Positions 23,104-34,143 of a stretch of 64,000 nucleotides of DNA are shown here, in pieces. The notes under the pieces are model-generated. The model saw only the letters and a program-made list of their open reading frames with translations. It was not told where the DNA came from and did no database searches. The stretch is from an uncultured Actinomycetota bacterium (GTDB lineage: Bacteria; Actinomycetota; Actinomycetes; CAVWCF01): positions 107,325 through 171,324 of the forward strand of contig CAWFSE010000009.1 in NCBI GenBank assembly GCA_963818455.1, given 5' to 3'. The stretch's first letter is position 1. Every line of letters begins with the position of its first letter. The translations under genes and the position numbers were made by a program.

Positions 23104-23480
23104 CCCCGCCGGCCGGCGCCGCTCGCCGCGCGCCGCAGACCTGCCCGGTGTGCGCCGACGCGCTGGTGATCACCGGCCTGGGCTGCCAGTCGTGCGGCAC
23201 GGGCATCACCGGCGAGTTCGCCACCTGCTCGTACTGCGGGCTGTCCGACCAGGACCAGGAGGCGCTGCGGGCCTTCCTCGTCTCGCGCGGCAACATGCGC
23301 GAGCTCGCCGCGCACCTCGGCGTCTCGTACCCGACGGCCCGCCAGCGGTACGCCGACCTGCTGGCCCGGCTCGGCCTGGCCGCGCCCGCCGAGCCGGCGC
23401 CGGATCGCGCGCAGGTGCTGGCCGACCTGGCGGCCGGGACGATCTCGGTCGACGACGCCGAGGCCGCGCTGCGCGGGTGA
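23100..23480 (+). CDS. DUF2089-family zinc-ribbon/HTH protein
   Basis: GTG 23100 overlaps the upstream stop (GTGA). CPVCADALVITGLGCQSCGTGITGEF zinc ribbon, then LSDQDQEALRAFLVSRGNMRELAAHLGVSYPTARQRYADLL. Confidence 0.7.
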   Translation: MTPPAGAARRAPQTCPVCADALVITGLGCQSCGTGITGEFATCSYCGLSDQDQEALRAFLVSRGNMRELAAHLGVSYPTARQRYADLLARLGLAAPAEPAPDRAQVLADLAAGTISVDDAEAALRG

Positions 23481-23486
23481 GCCCGC

Positions 23487-23978
23487 TCAGCCGCCGGTGT
23501 AGGTCACGGCGTCGAGCACCTTGACGGTGAGCTCGCGGCCGTTGGGCAGCGAGTACGTCACCTCGCTGCCGATCGCCTGGCCCATCACGGCGCCGCCGAG
23601 CGGGGACTGCGGGGAGTAGACCGACAGCTCCGTGGTGCCGGCCGCCTCGCGGGAGCCGAGCAGGAACGTCTCCTCCTCGCCGTCCAGCGGCCCGCCGAGG
23701 AAGCGCACCGAGATGACCATGCCGGCCTGGGCGGTGCCGTCGGCGGCGGGCGCGTCGCCCACCTGGGCGGTCTCCAGCAGCTGCTTGAGCTGGCGCACCC
23801 GGGCCTCGTTCTTGCCCTGCTCCTCGCGCGCGGCGTGGTAGCCGCCGTTCTCCTTGAGGTCGCCCTCCTCGCGGGCCGCCTCGATCCGCACCTTGATCTC
23901 GTGGCGCCACGGGCCGGTGCGGTGGTCGTACTCGGCCTTGAGCTTGTCGTACGCGTCCTGGGACAGCCAGGTCGTCAC
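23487..23978 (-). CDS. greA: transcription elongation factor GreA
   Basis: 163 aa; GTG preceded by AAGGAG; EAAREEGDLKENGGYHAAREEQG coiled-coil motif and C-terminal FKBP-like domain. Confidence 0.95.
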   Translation of the reverse strand: MTTWLSQDAYDKLKAEYDHRTGPWRHEIKVRIEAAREEGDLKENGGYHAAREEQGKNEARVRQLKQLLETAQVGDAPAADGTAQAGMVISVRFLGGPLDGEEETFLLGSREAAGTTELSVYSPQSPLGGAVMGQAIGSEVTYSLPNGRELTVKVLDAVTYTGG

Positions 23979-24034
23979 GGCGGACTCCTTACGATGCGGG
24001 GTGCGGCAGGGAGCGAGGTGCGAAAGCGTCGAGG

Positions 24035-24450
24035 CTAGTCGAGCAGCCGGCAGGACTCGACCTTGCCCAGGATGGCCAGCCTGGTGGTCTCCAGGACGGT
24101 GTCGACGTAGGCCCGGGCCCCGCCGGCCGGCACGCGTGATGGTGCCGCTGCCGACGATGCGCGCGTCGAGGTCCTGGGCGACGACGGTGCACTCGGCCGC
24201 CTGCCCGTCCGGCTTGGTCACCTCGACCCGCACGGTCACCTCGCGGTCGGAGCGGACGTCGTAGGAGACCGTGAGCGCCCTCGACGCCGGGCTGCGCGCG
24301 GACGAAGGCGGCCCACACGAGCAGCGTGGCGGCGGTCAGCACGGCGAGTCCGGCGACGACGAGGACGGCCTTGCTCAGGGTGGAGCGGGGCGCGCGGCGG
24401 CCGTAGCGGGCGTCGAGGGCCTGCTCGACGGGCTCCTCCGGCTGGGCCAT
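24035..24450 (-). CDS. DUF4307 membrane-anchored protein (Rv1081c-like), two frame breaks
   Basis: [19 protein letters not shown] plus TM (ORF 23989..24594), [23 protein letters not shown] (head of ORF 23487..24239), end ...[11 protein letters not shown]-stop in a third frame. Confidence 0.6.
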
Positions 24451-24487
24451 CCGCTCGCCTCCATCCGTGGGTGGTCGGGGTGAGACG

Positions 24488-25446
24488 ATGGTGCCCGATC
24501 CCCAGCACACCGCCGAACACGAGGTCCCCCGCGTGCCCGAAACGCCGCTGCGCCTGCTCCATGTGCACGCGCACCCCGACGACGAGTCGAGCAAGGGCGC
24601 GGCCTCGACCGCCCGCTACGTCGCCGAGGGCGTCGAGGTGCTCGTGGTCTCCTGCACCGGAGGCGAGCGGGGCGATGTGCTCAACCCGGCGCTGGTCGAC
24701 GACCCCGCGGTGCTGGCCGATATCGCCGACGTCCGCCGCCATGAGATGGCCCGCGCGGCCGAGATCCTCGGCGTGCGGCACGCGTGGCTCGGGCTTCGTC
24801 GACTCCGGCTACCCGGAGGGCGACCCGCGCCCGCCCCTGCCGGAGGGCTGCTTCGCCGACCTGCCGCTCGAGGAGGTCACCGCGCCGCTCGTCGAGATCG
24901 TGCGCGCCTTCCGCCCGCACGTGATGACGACGTACGACGAGCACGGCGGCTACCCGCATCCCGACCACGTGCGCTGCCACGAGGTCGCGGTGGCGGCCTT
25001 CGACGCGGCCGGCGACCCCGACGCGTACCCCTCCGCCGGCGACCCCTGGCAGCCGCTCAAGCTCTACTACCACCTCACGTTCCACAAGCAGCGCCTGCAG
25101 GCCATGCACGAGGCGGTCCTGGCGGCCGGCCTCGAGTCGCCGTACGCCGACTGGCTGGCCGACTGGGTGGACAAGCCCGGCGACGCGGAGCGGCTGACCA
25201 CGCGGGTCGAGTGCGCCGAGTACTTCCCGGTCCGCGACGCCGCGCTGCTCGCGCACGCGACGCAGATCGACCCGGCGGGCCGCTGGTTCGCGATCCCGAT
25301 GGAGGTCCAGCAGGCCGCGTGGCCCAGCGAGGACTACCAGCGGGCGCGCTCGCTGGTCGACACGCCGCTGCCGGAGGACGATCTGTTCGCGGGCGTCCGC
25401 GAGCACCTCGCCAGCACGATCCCGATGTCATCTGGAGGACCGATGA
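24488..25446 (+). CDS. mca: mycothiol S-conjugate amidase (LmbE/MshB/Mca family); extra G at about 24791-24793; 3' end uncertain
   Basis: VHAHPDDE zinc-ligand motif (ORF 24467..25684), then [10 protein letters not shown]...[14 protein letters not shown] (ORF 24471..25868). As assembled it reads through into the next small ORF. Confidence 0.85.
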
Positions 25447-25684
25447 CCGCCCTGCTCTCGACCCTGTCCGCCGCCGAGCCGGTCGACCCCGATCGGGTCG
25501 GCGCCGGCACCCTGGGCTTCATCGTCTTCGCGTTCCTGGCGGTCGCGACCGTGCTCATCTTGTGGTTCATGACCCGTTCGATCCGCAAGGTGCCCAAGGA
25601 CCTCGACGTGCCGACCCACTCCAAGCGCCCGGCGCCGCTGCCGCTGGACCCCTCGCCGACCCGGCCGACGGCAAGGACGCGTAG
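25443..25684 (+). CDS. small single-TM membrane protein, one missing base near 25655
   Basis: GGAGGA then ATG 25443; hydrophobic [24 protein letters not shown]; the likely end ...[10 protein letters not shown]-stop is in the ORF 24467..25684 frame. Confidence 0.45.
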
Positions 25685-25743
25685 CGCGGAGCGCGGGCCA
25701 CCGGTCCGATGGGGCGGCGACGCGCCGGGCGGACCACGCAGGA

Positions 25744-25780
25744 GGCGGGGCCTGGGGAGTCATCCCGGGCCCCGCCTTTG
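25744..25780 (+). terminator. candidate intrinsic terminator between convergent genes
   Basis: GGCGGGGCC (25744-25752) pairs with GGCCCCGCC (25768-25776), followed by TTTG. Confidence 0.4.
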
Positions 25781-25809
25781 CGTGCGGCGGCGTCAGCCAG
25801 ATCCGCTAG

Positions 25810-27515
25810 CTACTCGGCGGCCTTGGCGAGCCGACCCGGGAGGGCGACGAGGGCGGCGCCCGCGGTGAGCAAGCAGCAGCGCGTAGCCGAGCAGGGCAGG
25901 GGTGCCGCTGGAGCCGGTCGCCGGCAGGGTGGCGGGCGAGGTCGGCCGGCGGCGGGGTGACCGGGGTGTCGAGCACCTCGGTCTTCGGCGGATCGGCGCA
26001 CGGCCGAGGTGGCCGGCGGGTAGGACACCGTGACGGTGGTCTCGGGGTTCACCTGGAACCGCACCTGGACGGTCGGGCGGACCCAGTCGTACTCGTCACC
26101 CGGGACCCACGTCCCGCCTTCGACAGCCGCCAGCCAGGCCAGTCGGTGGCCTTGCCGTCGGAGCCGACCGCGGCGCCGGGCCAGAGCAGCTCGCCCTCAA
26201 GCGGCTGGTCGGCGAAGACGACGTCGGCGCCACCGGCGTTGGGGTTCAAGAAGGTGATCGTCGAGGTCGTGTTCGGGGTCCCGGTGACCTTGATGCGCGT
26301 ACTTCAGGTACGGCGCGTCTTGGACGGCAGACCGGCATCCTTGAACGCGACCTCGATCGCCGGCGGCTGCTCGTTGCAGTCCTCTTCGGCGGCCGCGAAG
26401 GTGTGCTCGAACGTGGTGGTGGCGCCCTCGGCGAGGACGAGGTCGTCGTCGAGGGTGGCGGTGACGGTGACGGTCTGGCCGGGGCCGACCTCGCCGTCGG
26501 TGAGCGCGTAGGTGACGCCGTCGATCTGCCTCGCCGGTCCAGGAGGCGGTGTTGTCGTTGTCGCAGGTCGGGTCGGTGAAGGTGACCTGCGGGGTGACCT
26601 CGGTGGGCTCGGTCGCAGTAGGCGTCGGCGGCCGCGAAGGTGTGCTCGAACGTGGTCGTGGCGCCCTCGGCGAGGACGAGGCCGTAGTCGAGGGTGGCGG
26701 TGACGGTGACGGTCTGGCCGGGGCCGACCTCGCCGTCGGTGACCGCGTAGGTGACGCCGTCGATCGGCCTCGCCGGTCCAGGAGGCGGTGTTGTCGTTGT
26801 CGCAGGTCGGGTCGGTGAAGGTGACCTGCGGGGTGACCTCGGTGGGCTCGGCGCAGTGGCGTCGGCGGCGGCGAACGTGTGCTGCCACACGCTCTGGCCT
26901 GGGGCCAGCACGTAGCCGGCCTCGGCGGTGGCGGTCACCGTGACCGTCTCGCCCGGGGCGACGGTTCCGACGGTGGTGAACTTCACGCCGGTCACCGGGG
27001 TCGTCACGACGGCTGCGGTGTTGTCGTTGTCGCAGGTCGGGTCGGTGAAGGTCGGGGCTGCGGCGACGACCACGCTGGGGCGCGGGCTTCTTGCACACGA
27101 TCACGTGGCTGATGTTCTTGCCCGAGACGGTGCCGTAGAGCGCTCCAGGCGTCGGGTCGTAGAAGACGTCGTTCATCGTCGCCGACTTCAGGACGAGCAG
27201 CGAGAACACCTTGCCGGTCGGCGGGGTGCCCATCTGCCACACCGACTTGTCGCTGGCGAGCACCTTCCCGTGGCTGCCCCCGTCGATGGGGTCGCCGCTC
27301 TCGTGCTTCCAGCACTCGGTGGAGCCGTTCTCGCCCACCCAGAACGCGGGATTGTTCTCGGGTGCGTTCTGGCTCTGCTCGACCTGGCGGTCCGGCGTGC
27401 GGTCGACCGCGACGGCGGCGGAGGCCGGAGCGGCGAGGGCCATCGGCAGCACCAAGAAGGCCGTCGCGGCGCCGGCCATCCAGCGGCCGGTGCGGCCGCC
27501 GAGGGAGACGTTCAT
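25810..27515 (-). CDS. LPXTG-anchored secreted surface protein with tandem ~80-aa repeats; many frame breaks
   Basis: Signal peptide [35 protein letters not shown]. Repeats carry [12 protein letters not shown] ... [18 protein letters not shown] ... [14 protein letters not shown]. The C-terminal sorting signal TLPATGSSG plus a hydrophobic stretch plus RLAKAAE is visible at 25810-25930. Confidence 0.75.
26387..27060 (-). repeat. three tandem coding repeats (about 240, 240 and 231 bp) inside the LPXTG gene
   Basis: Units starting at 26387 and 26626 are nearly identical; GTGTTGTCGTTGTCGCAGGTCGGGTCGGTGAAGGT recurs at about 26548, 26788 and 27019. The observed 239-bp spacing implies an indel. Confidence 0.8.
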
Positions 27516-27749
27516 GATCGAACCCTTCGGTTGCGGGTCGGTCTCACCACTGGCTCCCTGCAGACGCGCCACCTGTGGTGGCGGGTGACCGAACGGGGTC
27601 TGCAGATCCTTGCCTCCCTGGGCCTGCACGCTAAGTGGGGCCCTGGTGGAGACAACCGCTGCGACCGGGGTTCACCCGGATGCCAACGCAGACTGTCCGT
27701 TCGGCCGACCCCCGAGGCGGTCGGGTGGATGACGCGCGAGGATGGGCCT

Positions 27750-29787
27750 ATGCCCAATCGGCTCGGGGCGTCGACCAGCCCGTACCTGCTGCAGCACAAG
27801 GACAACCCGGTCGACTGGTGGGAGTGGTCGCCGGAGGCCTTCGCCGAGGCCCGCGCGCGCGATGTGCCGGTGCTGCTCAGCGTGGGCTACTCCGCGTGCC
27901 ACTGGTGCCATGTGATGGCGCACGAGTCCTTCGAGGACCCGGCGACGGCCGAGGTGATGAACGCGGGCTTCGTCAACGTCAAGGTCGACCGCGAGGAGCG
28001 CCCCGACGTCGACGCCGTCTACATGGCCGCGGTGCAGCAGCTGAACGGCCACGGCGGGTGGCCGATGACGGTGTTCCTCACGCCCGACGCCGAGCCGTTC
28101 TACGCCGGCACGTACTTCCCGCCCCGGCCGCACCACGGCTCGCCGTCCTTCACCGAGGTCCTGCAGGCCGTCGACCGGACCTGGCGGGAGCGGCGCGCGG
28201 ACGTGCTGATGGCCGGCCAGCGGCTGGTCGCCCACCTCGCGGCCGCGCAGACCGTGCCCGCGGAGCTGGCCGAGGCCGGCCCCCCGGACGAGGCCGAGCT
28301 CGCCGAGTCGGTGCGGGCGCTGGCCGCGACGTACGACCCGGCCCGCGGCGGGTTCGGGGGCGCGCCGAAGTTCCCGCCGTCGATGACGCTGGAGCACCTG
28401 CTGCGCCACCACGCGCGCACCGGGGACGCCGACGCCCTCGCGATGGCCGAGCGGACCTTCGAGGCGATGGCGCGCGGCGGGATCTACGACCAGCTGGCCG
28501 GCGGCTTCGCCCGCTACTCCGTCGACGCCGACTGGGTCGTCCCGCACTTCGAGAAGATGTTGTACGACAACGCGTTGCTCGCCCGGGCGTACCTCCATTG
28601 GTGGCGGGCCACCGGCCATCCGCTCGGGCCGGCGGATCGCGGAGGAGACCTGCGACTTCATGGTCGCCGACCTGCGCACCGCGGAGGGCGGCTTCGCCTC
28701 GGCGCTCGACGCGGACAGCGAGGGCGAGGAGGGGCGCCACGCGGTGTGGACCCCGGCGCAGCTGGCCGAGGTGCTCGGCCCGGAGGACGGCACGTGGGCG
28801 GCGGCGCTGCTCGGGGTCACGGCGGCCGGCACGTTCGAGCACGGCACGTCGACCCTTCGGCTCCGCAGCGACCCCGACGACCCGCAGCGCTGGCACGCGG
28901 TACGCGCCAGGCTGCTCGCGGCGCGCTCGCTCCGCGTCCAGCCGGGCCGCGACGACAAGGTGGTCGCGGCCTGGAACGGCCTGGCGATCGCGGCGCTGGC
29001 CGAGACCGGCACGCTGCTCGGGCGCACCGACCTCGTGGAGGCGGCCGAGGCCGCGGCCGACCTGCTGGTGTCGGTGCACCTCGGGGCGGGCGAGCACGGC
29101 GACCGGCTGGTCCGGGTGTCGCTCGCAGGGGCCGCAGGCGTCCACGCGGGCGTGCTGGAGGACCACGCTGACGTGGCCGAGGGCCTGCTGGCGCTCTACC
29201 AGTGCACCGGCGAGGAGGAGTGGCTGGCCTTCGCCGGGGTGCTGCTGGACGTCGTGCTCGCGCACTTCGCCGACGGCCAGGGCGGATTCCACGACACCGC
29301 CGACGACGCCGAGGCGCTGGTGGCCCGCCCGCAGGACCCCACGGACAACGCGACCCCCTCGGGCTGGACCGCCGCGGCGCAGGCGCTGCTCACGTACGCG
29401 GCGCTGACCGGCAGCGAGCCGCACCGGGCGGCCGCCGAGCGGGCGCTCGGCGTCGTCCGGGCGATCGGGCCGCCGGCACCCGCGGGCGATCGGCTGGGGG
29501 CTGGCGGCGGCCGAGGCCGCGCTCGACGGGCCCGCGTGAGGTGGCCGTGGTGGGCGTCGCGGGGCGATGCCGCCGCCTCGGCCCTGCTGCGGACCGCGCT
29601 GATGGGCGCCGCTCCCGGGCTGGTCGTCGCGGTGGGCGACCCGGCCGAGGCCCCTGGCGTCGCGCTGCTCCGCGATCGGCCGCTGGTCGGGGGGCGCGCG
29701 GCGGCGTACGTGTGCCGGCGGTTCGTGTGCGCCGCGCCCGTGACCACCCCCGCGGAGCTCGCCGCGCTCGTAGGCTCAGGGCCATGA
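27750..29787 (+). CDS. thioredoxin-domain (DUF255/YyaL-like) protein with six-hairpin glycosidase-like C-domain; at least 4 frame breaks
   Basis: [35 protein letters not shown] (ORF 26928..29171); C-half in ORF 28660..29787. Confidence 0.85.
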
Positions 29788-30246
29788 GCGAGCCGGAGGA
29801 CCCGTACGACGGGCTGACCAGCGGCGTGGTGGTCGGCCACGACCGGTCCGCCTCGGCCGACCGGGCGCTGGCGTTCGGGGCCGAGGAGGCCCGGCTGCGC
29901 GGCTGGCCGCTGCACGTCGTGCGCGCCTGGTCGCTCACGCACGCGCCGCGGCCCGAGGGCGTCGAGGCGGGGATCGTGCCGCCGCTCGAGGAGTACGGCG
30001 AGGCGGTCCGCCGCGAGCTGGTCGCCGACGTCGAGCGGGTGCTCGGGCCGGAGCCAGGGGTCGAGGTGGACTGCCGGGCCATCCACGGCTCGGCCCACCA
30101 CGTGCTGGTGGCGGCCTCGGCCGCGGGTCGGCCTGCTGGTCGTCTCGTCGCGCGGGCACGGCCGCGTCGTCGGAGCCCTGCTCGGCTCGACCTCGACGCA
30201 TGTGGTGCAGCACGCGGACTGCCCGGTGGTCGTGCTCAGGGGTTGA
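29784..30246 (+). CDS. universal stress protein (UspA family), one frame break near 30125
   Basis: ATG 29784 overlaps the upstream stop (ATGA); VVVGHDRSASADRAL; C-terminal ATP-binding motif LLVVSSRGHGRVVGALLGSTSTHVVQHADCPVVVLRG appears after a +1 shift. Confidence 0.8.
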
Positions 30247-30276
30247 CTATCTGAGTAATGGTGTAATCATCATTAC

Positions 30277-30802
30277 ATGACGCATTCCTTGAGTTCCCCC
30301 GATGAGGTGCGCGGCTGGCTCGCGGGCCGGCTGCCGTCCGACTGGTTCGCTGGACGCGCCCGAGGTGGTGATCGACCGCGAGGAGATCACCGTCGTCGGC
30401 CGGCTGGCGCCGCCCGAGACCGCTGGGTCCTCCGACGCCGAGGTCGCCGCGGCGGCCGCGGGGCGCATCCGCGAGTTTCGCGAGCGGACCCGCGAGCAGC
30501 GGATGGCCATCGCCCGCGAGCTGCAGGCGCTGAGCGGCCGGTCGGTGGCGTGGGGCGCCCAGGTGGGGGAGCGCACCGAGCGCTTCACGCACCTGGCCGT
30601 CCCGGTGATGACCCGGCTGCGGCAGCCCGAGCGCCAGGTGCTCGACACGCTGGTGGAGGCCGGGGTGGCGCGGTCGCGCGCCGACGCGCTCGCCTGGTGC
30701 GTGCGGCTCGTGGGCCGCAACACCGAGACGTGGCTCGCCGACCTCCGCGAGGCGATGACCCATGTCGAGCGGGTGCGCGCCGAGGGCCCGCCGACCGGCT
30801 GA
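30277..30802 (+). CDS. conserved hypothetical protein, one frame break near 30350
   Basis: ATG 30277 (ORF 30277..30990) gives MTHSLSSPDEVRGWLAGRLPSDWF; continues in ORF 30302..30802 (...EVVIDREEITVVGRL...LDTLVEAGVARSRADALAWCV). No family recognised. Confidence 0.5.
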
Positions 30803-30811
30803 GCCGCCCCC

Positions 30812-31600
30812 TCAGGGGTGGGTGTAGACGGCGAGCGAGATGGCGATGTAGTGGCAGGTCCACGCCAGCAGGGTCAGCGTGTGGAAGACCTCGTGGAAGC
30901 CGAACCACCGGGGCGACGGGTCGGGCCGCTTGGTGGCGTAGACGATGCCGCCCAGGGTGTAGAGGACCCCGCCGACGGCGATCAGCGTGAAGACCGCCAC
31001 CCCGCCGGCGCTGAGGAAGTCCCCGAGGTAGAACACCGCGGCCCAGCCGAGTCCGGCGTACGCCGGCACGATCAGCCAGCGCGGGGCGTGCGGCCACGTG
31101 ACCCGGAAGATCACGCCGGCGAAGGCCGCGACCCAGACGACCCAGAGCAGCGTGGTCTGGCTCGACCCGGTGAGCAGCACGACGGTGAGCGGCGTGTAGG
31201 TGCCGGCGATGATCAAGAAGATGTTGGCGTGGTCGAAGCGCTTGAGCAGATCCTTGGTGCGGGGCGACCAGTTGCCGCGGTGGTACAGCGCCGAGATCCC
31301 GAAGAGCAGCGCCGAGGTGGCCGCGTAGATCGCCGTCGACACCCGCTCCGAGCCGGGGTCGGACAGCACCACGAGGATGATCCCCAGGACCAACGAGACC
31401 GGGAACGCGCCGAGGTGGAGCCAGCCGCGCAGGTGCGGCTTGGCGTTCGGGGGCAGGTGCTCGACGGCCTCTTCGACCCGGGCGCCGACGCGGTCGGCGA
31501 ATGAGTCGTACGCGTTCTCAAGCCGCGCCTCGACGTGGTCGGCCACCTCGCGCAAGGCGTCCGCCCGCTCGCGCAGGGTCTCGAGCGGCTCGCGGTCCAT
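30812..31600 (-). CDS. hemolysin III / PAQR-family membrane protein
   Basis: 262 aa from ATG at complement 31598-31600, intact; seven TM segments; SALYH, FDHANIFLIIAGTYTP, HEVFH motifs. Confidence 0.9.
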   Translation of the reverse strand: MDREPLETLRERADALREVADHVEARLENAYDSFADRVGARVEEAVEHLPPNAKPHLRGWLHLGAFPVSLVLGIILVVLSDPGSERVSTAIYAATSALLFGISALYHRGNWSPRTKDLLKRFDHANIFLIIAGTYTPLTVVLLTGSSQTTLLWVVWVAAFAGVIFRVTWPHAPRWLIVPAYAGLGWAAVFYLGDFLSAGGVAVFTLIAVGGVLYTLGGIVYATKRPDPSPRWFGFHEVFHTLTLLAWTCHYIAISLAVYTHP

Positions 31601-31897
31601 GGGGAGACGGTACCTACGGAACCGTAGGTTTGCGCAATCTGGACTGAAGTGATCCTGCTTCCACCGGGGCGCCGCCCCGCCGGACGGCCCGTCCCGCAGA
31701 GCAGGGCGACGAGGGCGTCGGCGCGGCACTGGTCCAGCGTCGGCAGCGGCGCCGGGATCCCCCGCGCGGCGAGCTGGGCGCCGTGGATCGACGGGCTGGA
31801 GCGGGGATCTCCGCGCTCGGCGTCCGCGCGGGGTAGCCTCACGAGCGTCAATGGCGAGACCTCAATGCATGAGCGGCGACGAGCGGCGGGAGGTGCG

Positions 31898-32669
31898 ATG
31901 GGGGCGCGAGACCTCGTCTACCGCGCCTACGAGCGCCGGCTGGCGGCCAGCCTGGATCGCGAGCGGATTCCCCGCCACGTCGGCGTCATCCTCGACGGCA
32001 ACCGCCGCTGGGCCAGGGACACCGGCGCCAGCACAGCGCACGGGCACCAGGCCGGCGCGGACAAGATCGAGGAGCTCCTCGGCTGGTGCGACGAGCTCGG
32101 CGTCGAGGTGGTCACCCTGTGGCTGCTCTCGAACGACAACCTGGCGCGGCCGGACTCGGAGCTGCTCCCGCTGCTGCGCATCATCGAGTCCACGGTGGGC
32201 GCCTTGGTCGAGAGCGCGGCGGCGGCCAATCGCAGGATCAACCCGGTGGGGGCGCTCGACCTGCTTCCGGAGTCGACGGCGCTGGCGCTGAAGGCCGCCG
32301 CCGAGGCCACCGCGGCCAACACCGGCCTGATGGTCAACGTCGCGGTGGGCTACGGCGGCCGCCGGGAGATCGCCGACGCCGTGCGGTCCCTGCTCACCGA
32401 GCACTCCGACGCGCGGCACGTCGCTCGACGACCTGGCGCAGGCCATCACCGTCGAGCACATCGCCGAGCACCTCTACACCCGAGGGCAGCCCGACCCCGA
32501 CCTGGTCATCCGCACCTCGGGCGAGCAGCGGCTGAGCGGCTTCCTGCTCTGGCAGAGCGCGCACTCGGAGTTCTACTTCTGCGAGGCCTACTGGCCGGAC
32601 TTCCGCCGGGTGGACTTCCTGCGGGCGATCCGGGCGTACGCCGCCCGAGCCCGCCGCTTCGGGTCCTGA
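31898..32669 (+). CDS. cis-prenyl (isoprenyl) diphosphate synthase, UppS/Z-FPP synthase family; one frame break near 32415
   Basis: GGGAGG then ATG 31898; [21 protein letters not shown]; C-terminal [24 protein letters not shown] after a +1 shift. Confidence 0.9.
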
Positions 32670-32792
32670 GCCGCGGGGCCCCGCCCGAATCGCCGCCCTC
32701 GTCGGCGTGGCGCGGCGATCCACGGCGCCACGCGCCGTACCTTCGGCCGCAGCGCACAGCACCTTCCGACCGAATCAGGAAGAGGCGAGAGA

Positions 32793-34143
32793 GTGGCGGT
32801 CTCCTCGACGAGCACGAAGCCGCGCAACGCGAGCGGCGACGCCCCCGACGGCCGCCGGACGTACGTCCTCGACACCAGCGTCCTGCTCGCCGACCCGCTG
32901 GCGCTGATCCGCTTCGCCGAGCACGAGGTCGTGCTGCCGGTCGTGGTCATCACCGAGCTCGAGGGCAAGCGCCACCATCCCGAGCTCGGCTACTTCGCCC
33001 GCAGCGCGCTGCGCCTGCTGGACGACCTGCGCATCGAGCACGGCCGCCTCGACGAGCCGCTGGTGCTGGGCCGCCACGGCGGCACTCTGCGCGTGGAGCT
33101 GAACCACACCGACCCCACCGTGCTGCCCGCGGGCTTCCGGCTCGGGGACAACGACACCCGCATCCTGGCGGTGGCCAGCAACCTGGCCGCCGACGGGTAC
33201 GACGTCACCCTGGTCAGCAAGGACCTGCCGATGCGGGTCAAGGCCAGCGCCGTCGGGCTGGTCGCCGAGGAGTACCGCGCCGAGCTCGCCGTCGAGTCGG
33301 GCTGGACCGGGATGACCGAGCTCGAGGTCGCCACCGACGAGCTCGACCTGCTGTACCGCGAGGAGCGGCTTGACCTCGCCGCCGCCCGCAGCCTGCCCTG
33401 CCACACCGGCCTGGTGCTGCTCTCCGACCGGGGGAGCGCGCTCGGCCGGGTGATGCCGGACAAGTCGGTGCGCCTGGTGCGCGGCGACCGCGACGCGTTC
33501 GGGCTGCACGGCCGCAGCGCCGAGCAGCGGGTCGCGCTCGACCTGCTGCTGGACCCGGACGTCGGCATCATCTCGCTGGGCGGGCGGGCCGGCACGGGCA
33601 AGTCGGCGCTGGCGCTGTGCGCCGGGCTGGAGGCCGTGCTTGAGCGCCGGCAGCATCGCAAGGTCGTGGTGTTCCGGCCGATCTACGCGGTCGGGCGGCC
33701 AGGAGCTCGGCTACCTCCCCGGCAGCGAGGCCGAGAAGATGAGCCCTTGGGGCCAGGCGGTGTTCGACACCCTCGGGCGCGCTCACCACGACCGAGGTGG
33801 TCGAGGAGATCGTCGACCGCGGGATGCTCGAGGTGCTCCCGCTCACGCACATCCGCGGGCCGGTCCCTGCACGACGCGTTCGTCATCGTGGACGAGGCCC
33901 AGTCGCTCGAGCGCAACGTGCTGCTCACCGTGCTTGTCCCGGATCGGCCAGGGCTCGCGGGTCGTCCTCACCCACGACGTGGCCCAGCGCGACAACCTGC
34001 GGGTCGGCCGGCACGACGGCGTGGTCGCGGTGGTCGAGAAGCTCAAGGGCCACCCGCTGTTCGCCCATGTCACGCTGACCCGCTCCGAGCGCTCGCCGAT
34101 CGCCGCGCTGGTCACCGAGATGCTGGAGGAGCTGCCGCTCTGA
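32793..34143 (+). CDS. phoH2: PhoH2-type PIN-domain plus PhoH ATPase protein; at least 3 frame breaks in the ATPase half
   Basis: PIN: [30 protein letters not shown]. PhoH: Walker [27 protein letters not shown] (ORFs 32793..34868, 33640..34143 and 33797..34078). Confidence 0.85.

Noticed and set aside
24488-25868. Mca fused to a C-terminal transmembrane tail (read-through in ORF 24471..25868)
   Set aside because: A GGAGGA-ATG start at 25443 and the expected Mca length (~290 aa) argue for two genes. The missing stop is most likely another indel near 25400-25445.
26387-27060. 240-bp tandem repeats as an IS or transposon remnant
   Set aside because: There are no terminal inverted repeats and no transposase. 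The repeats are in-frame protein modules of the LPXTG surface protein.
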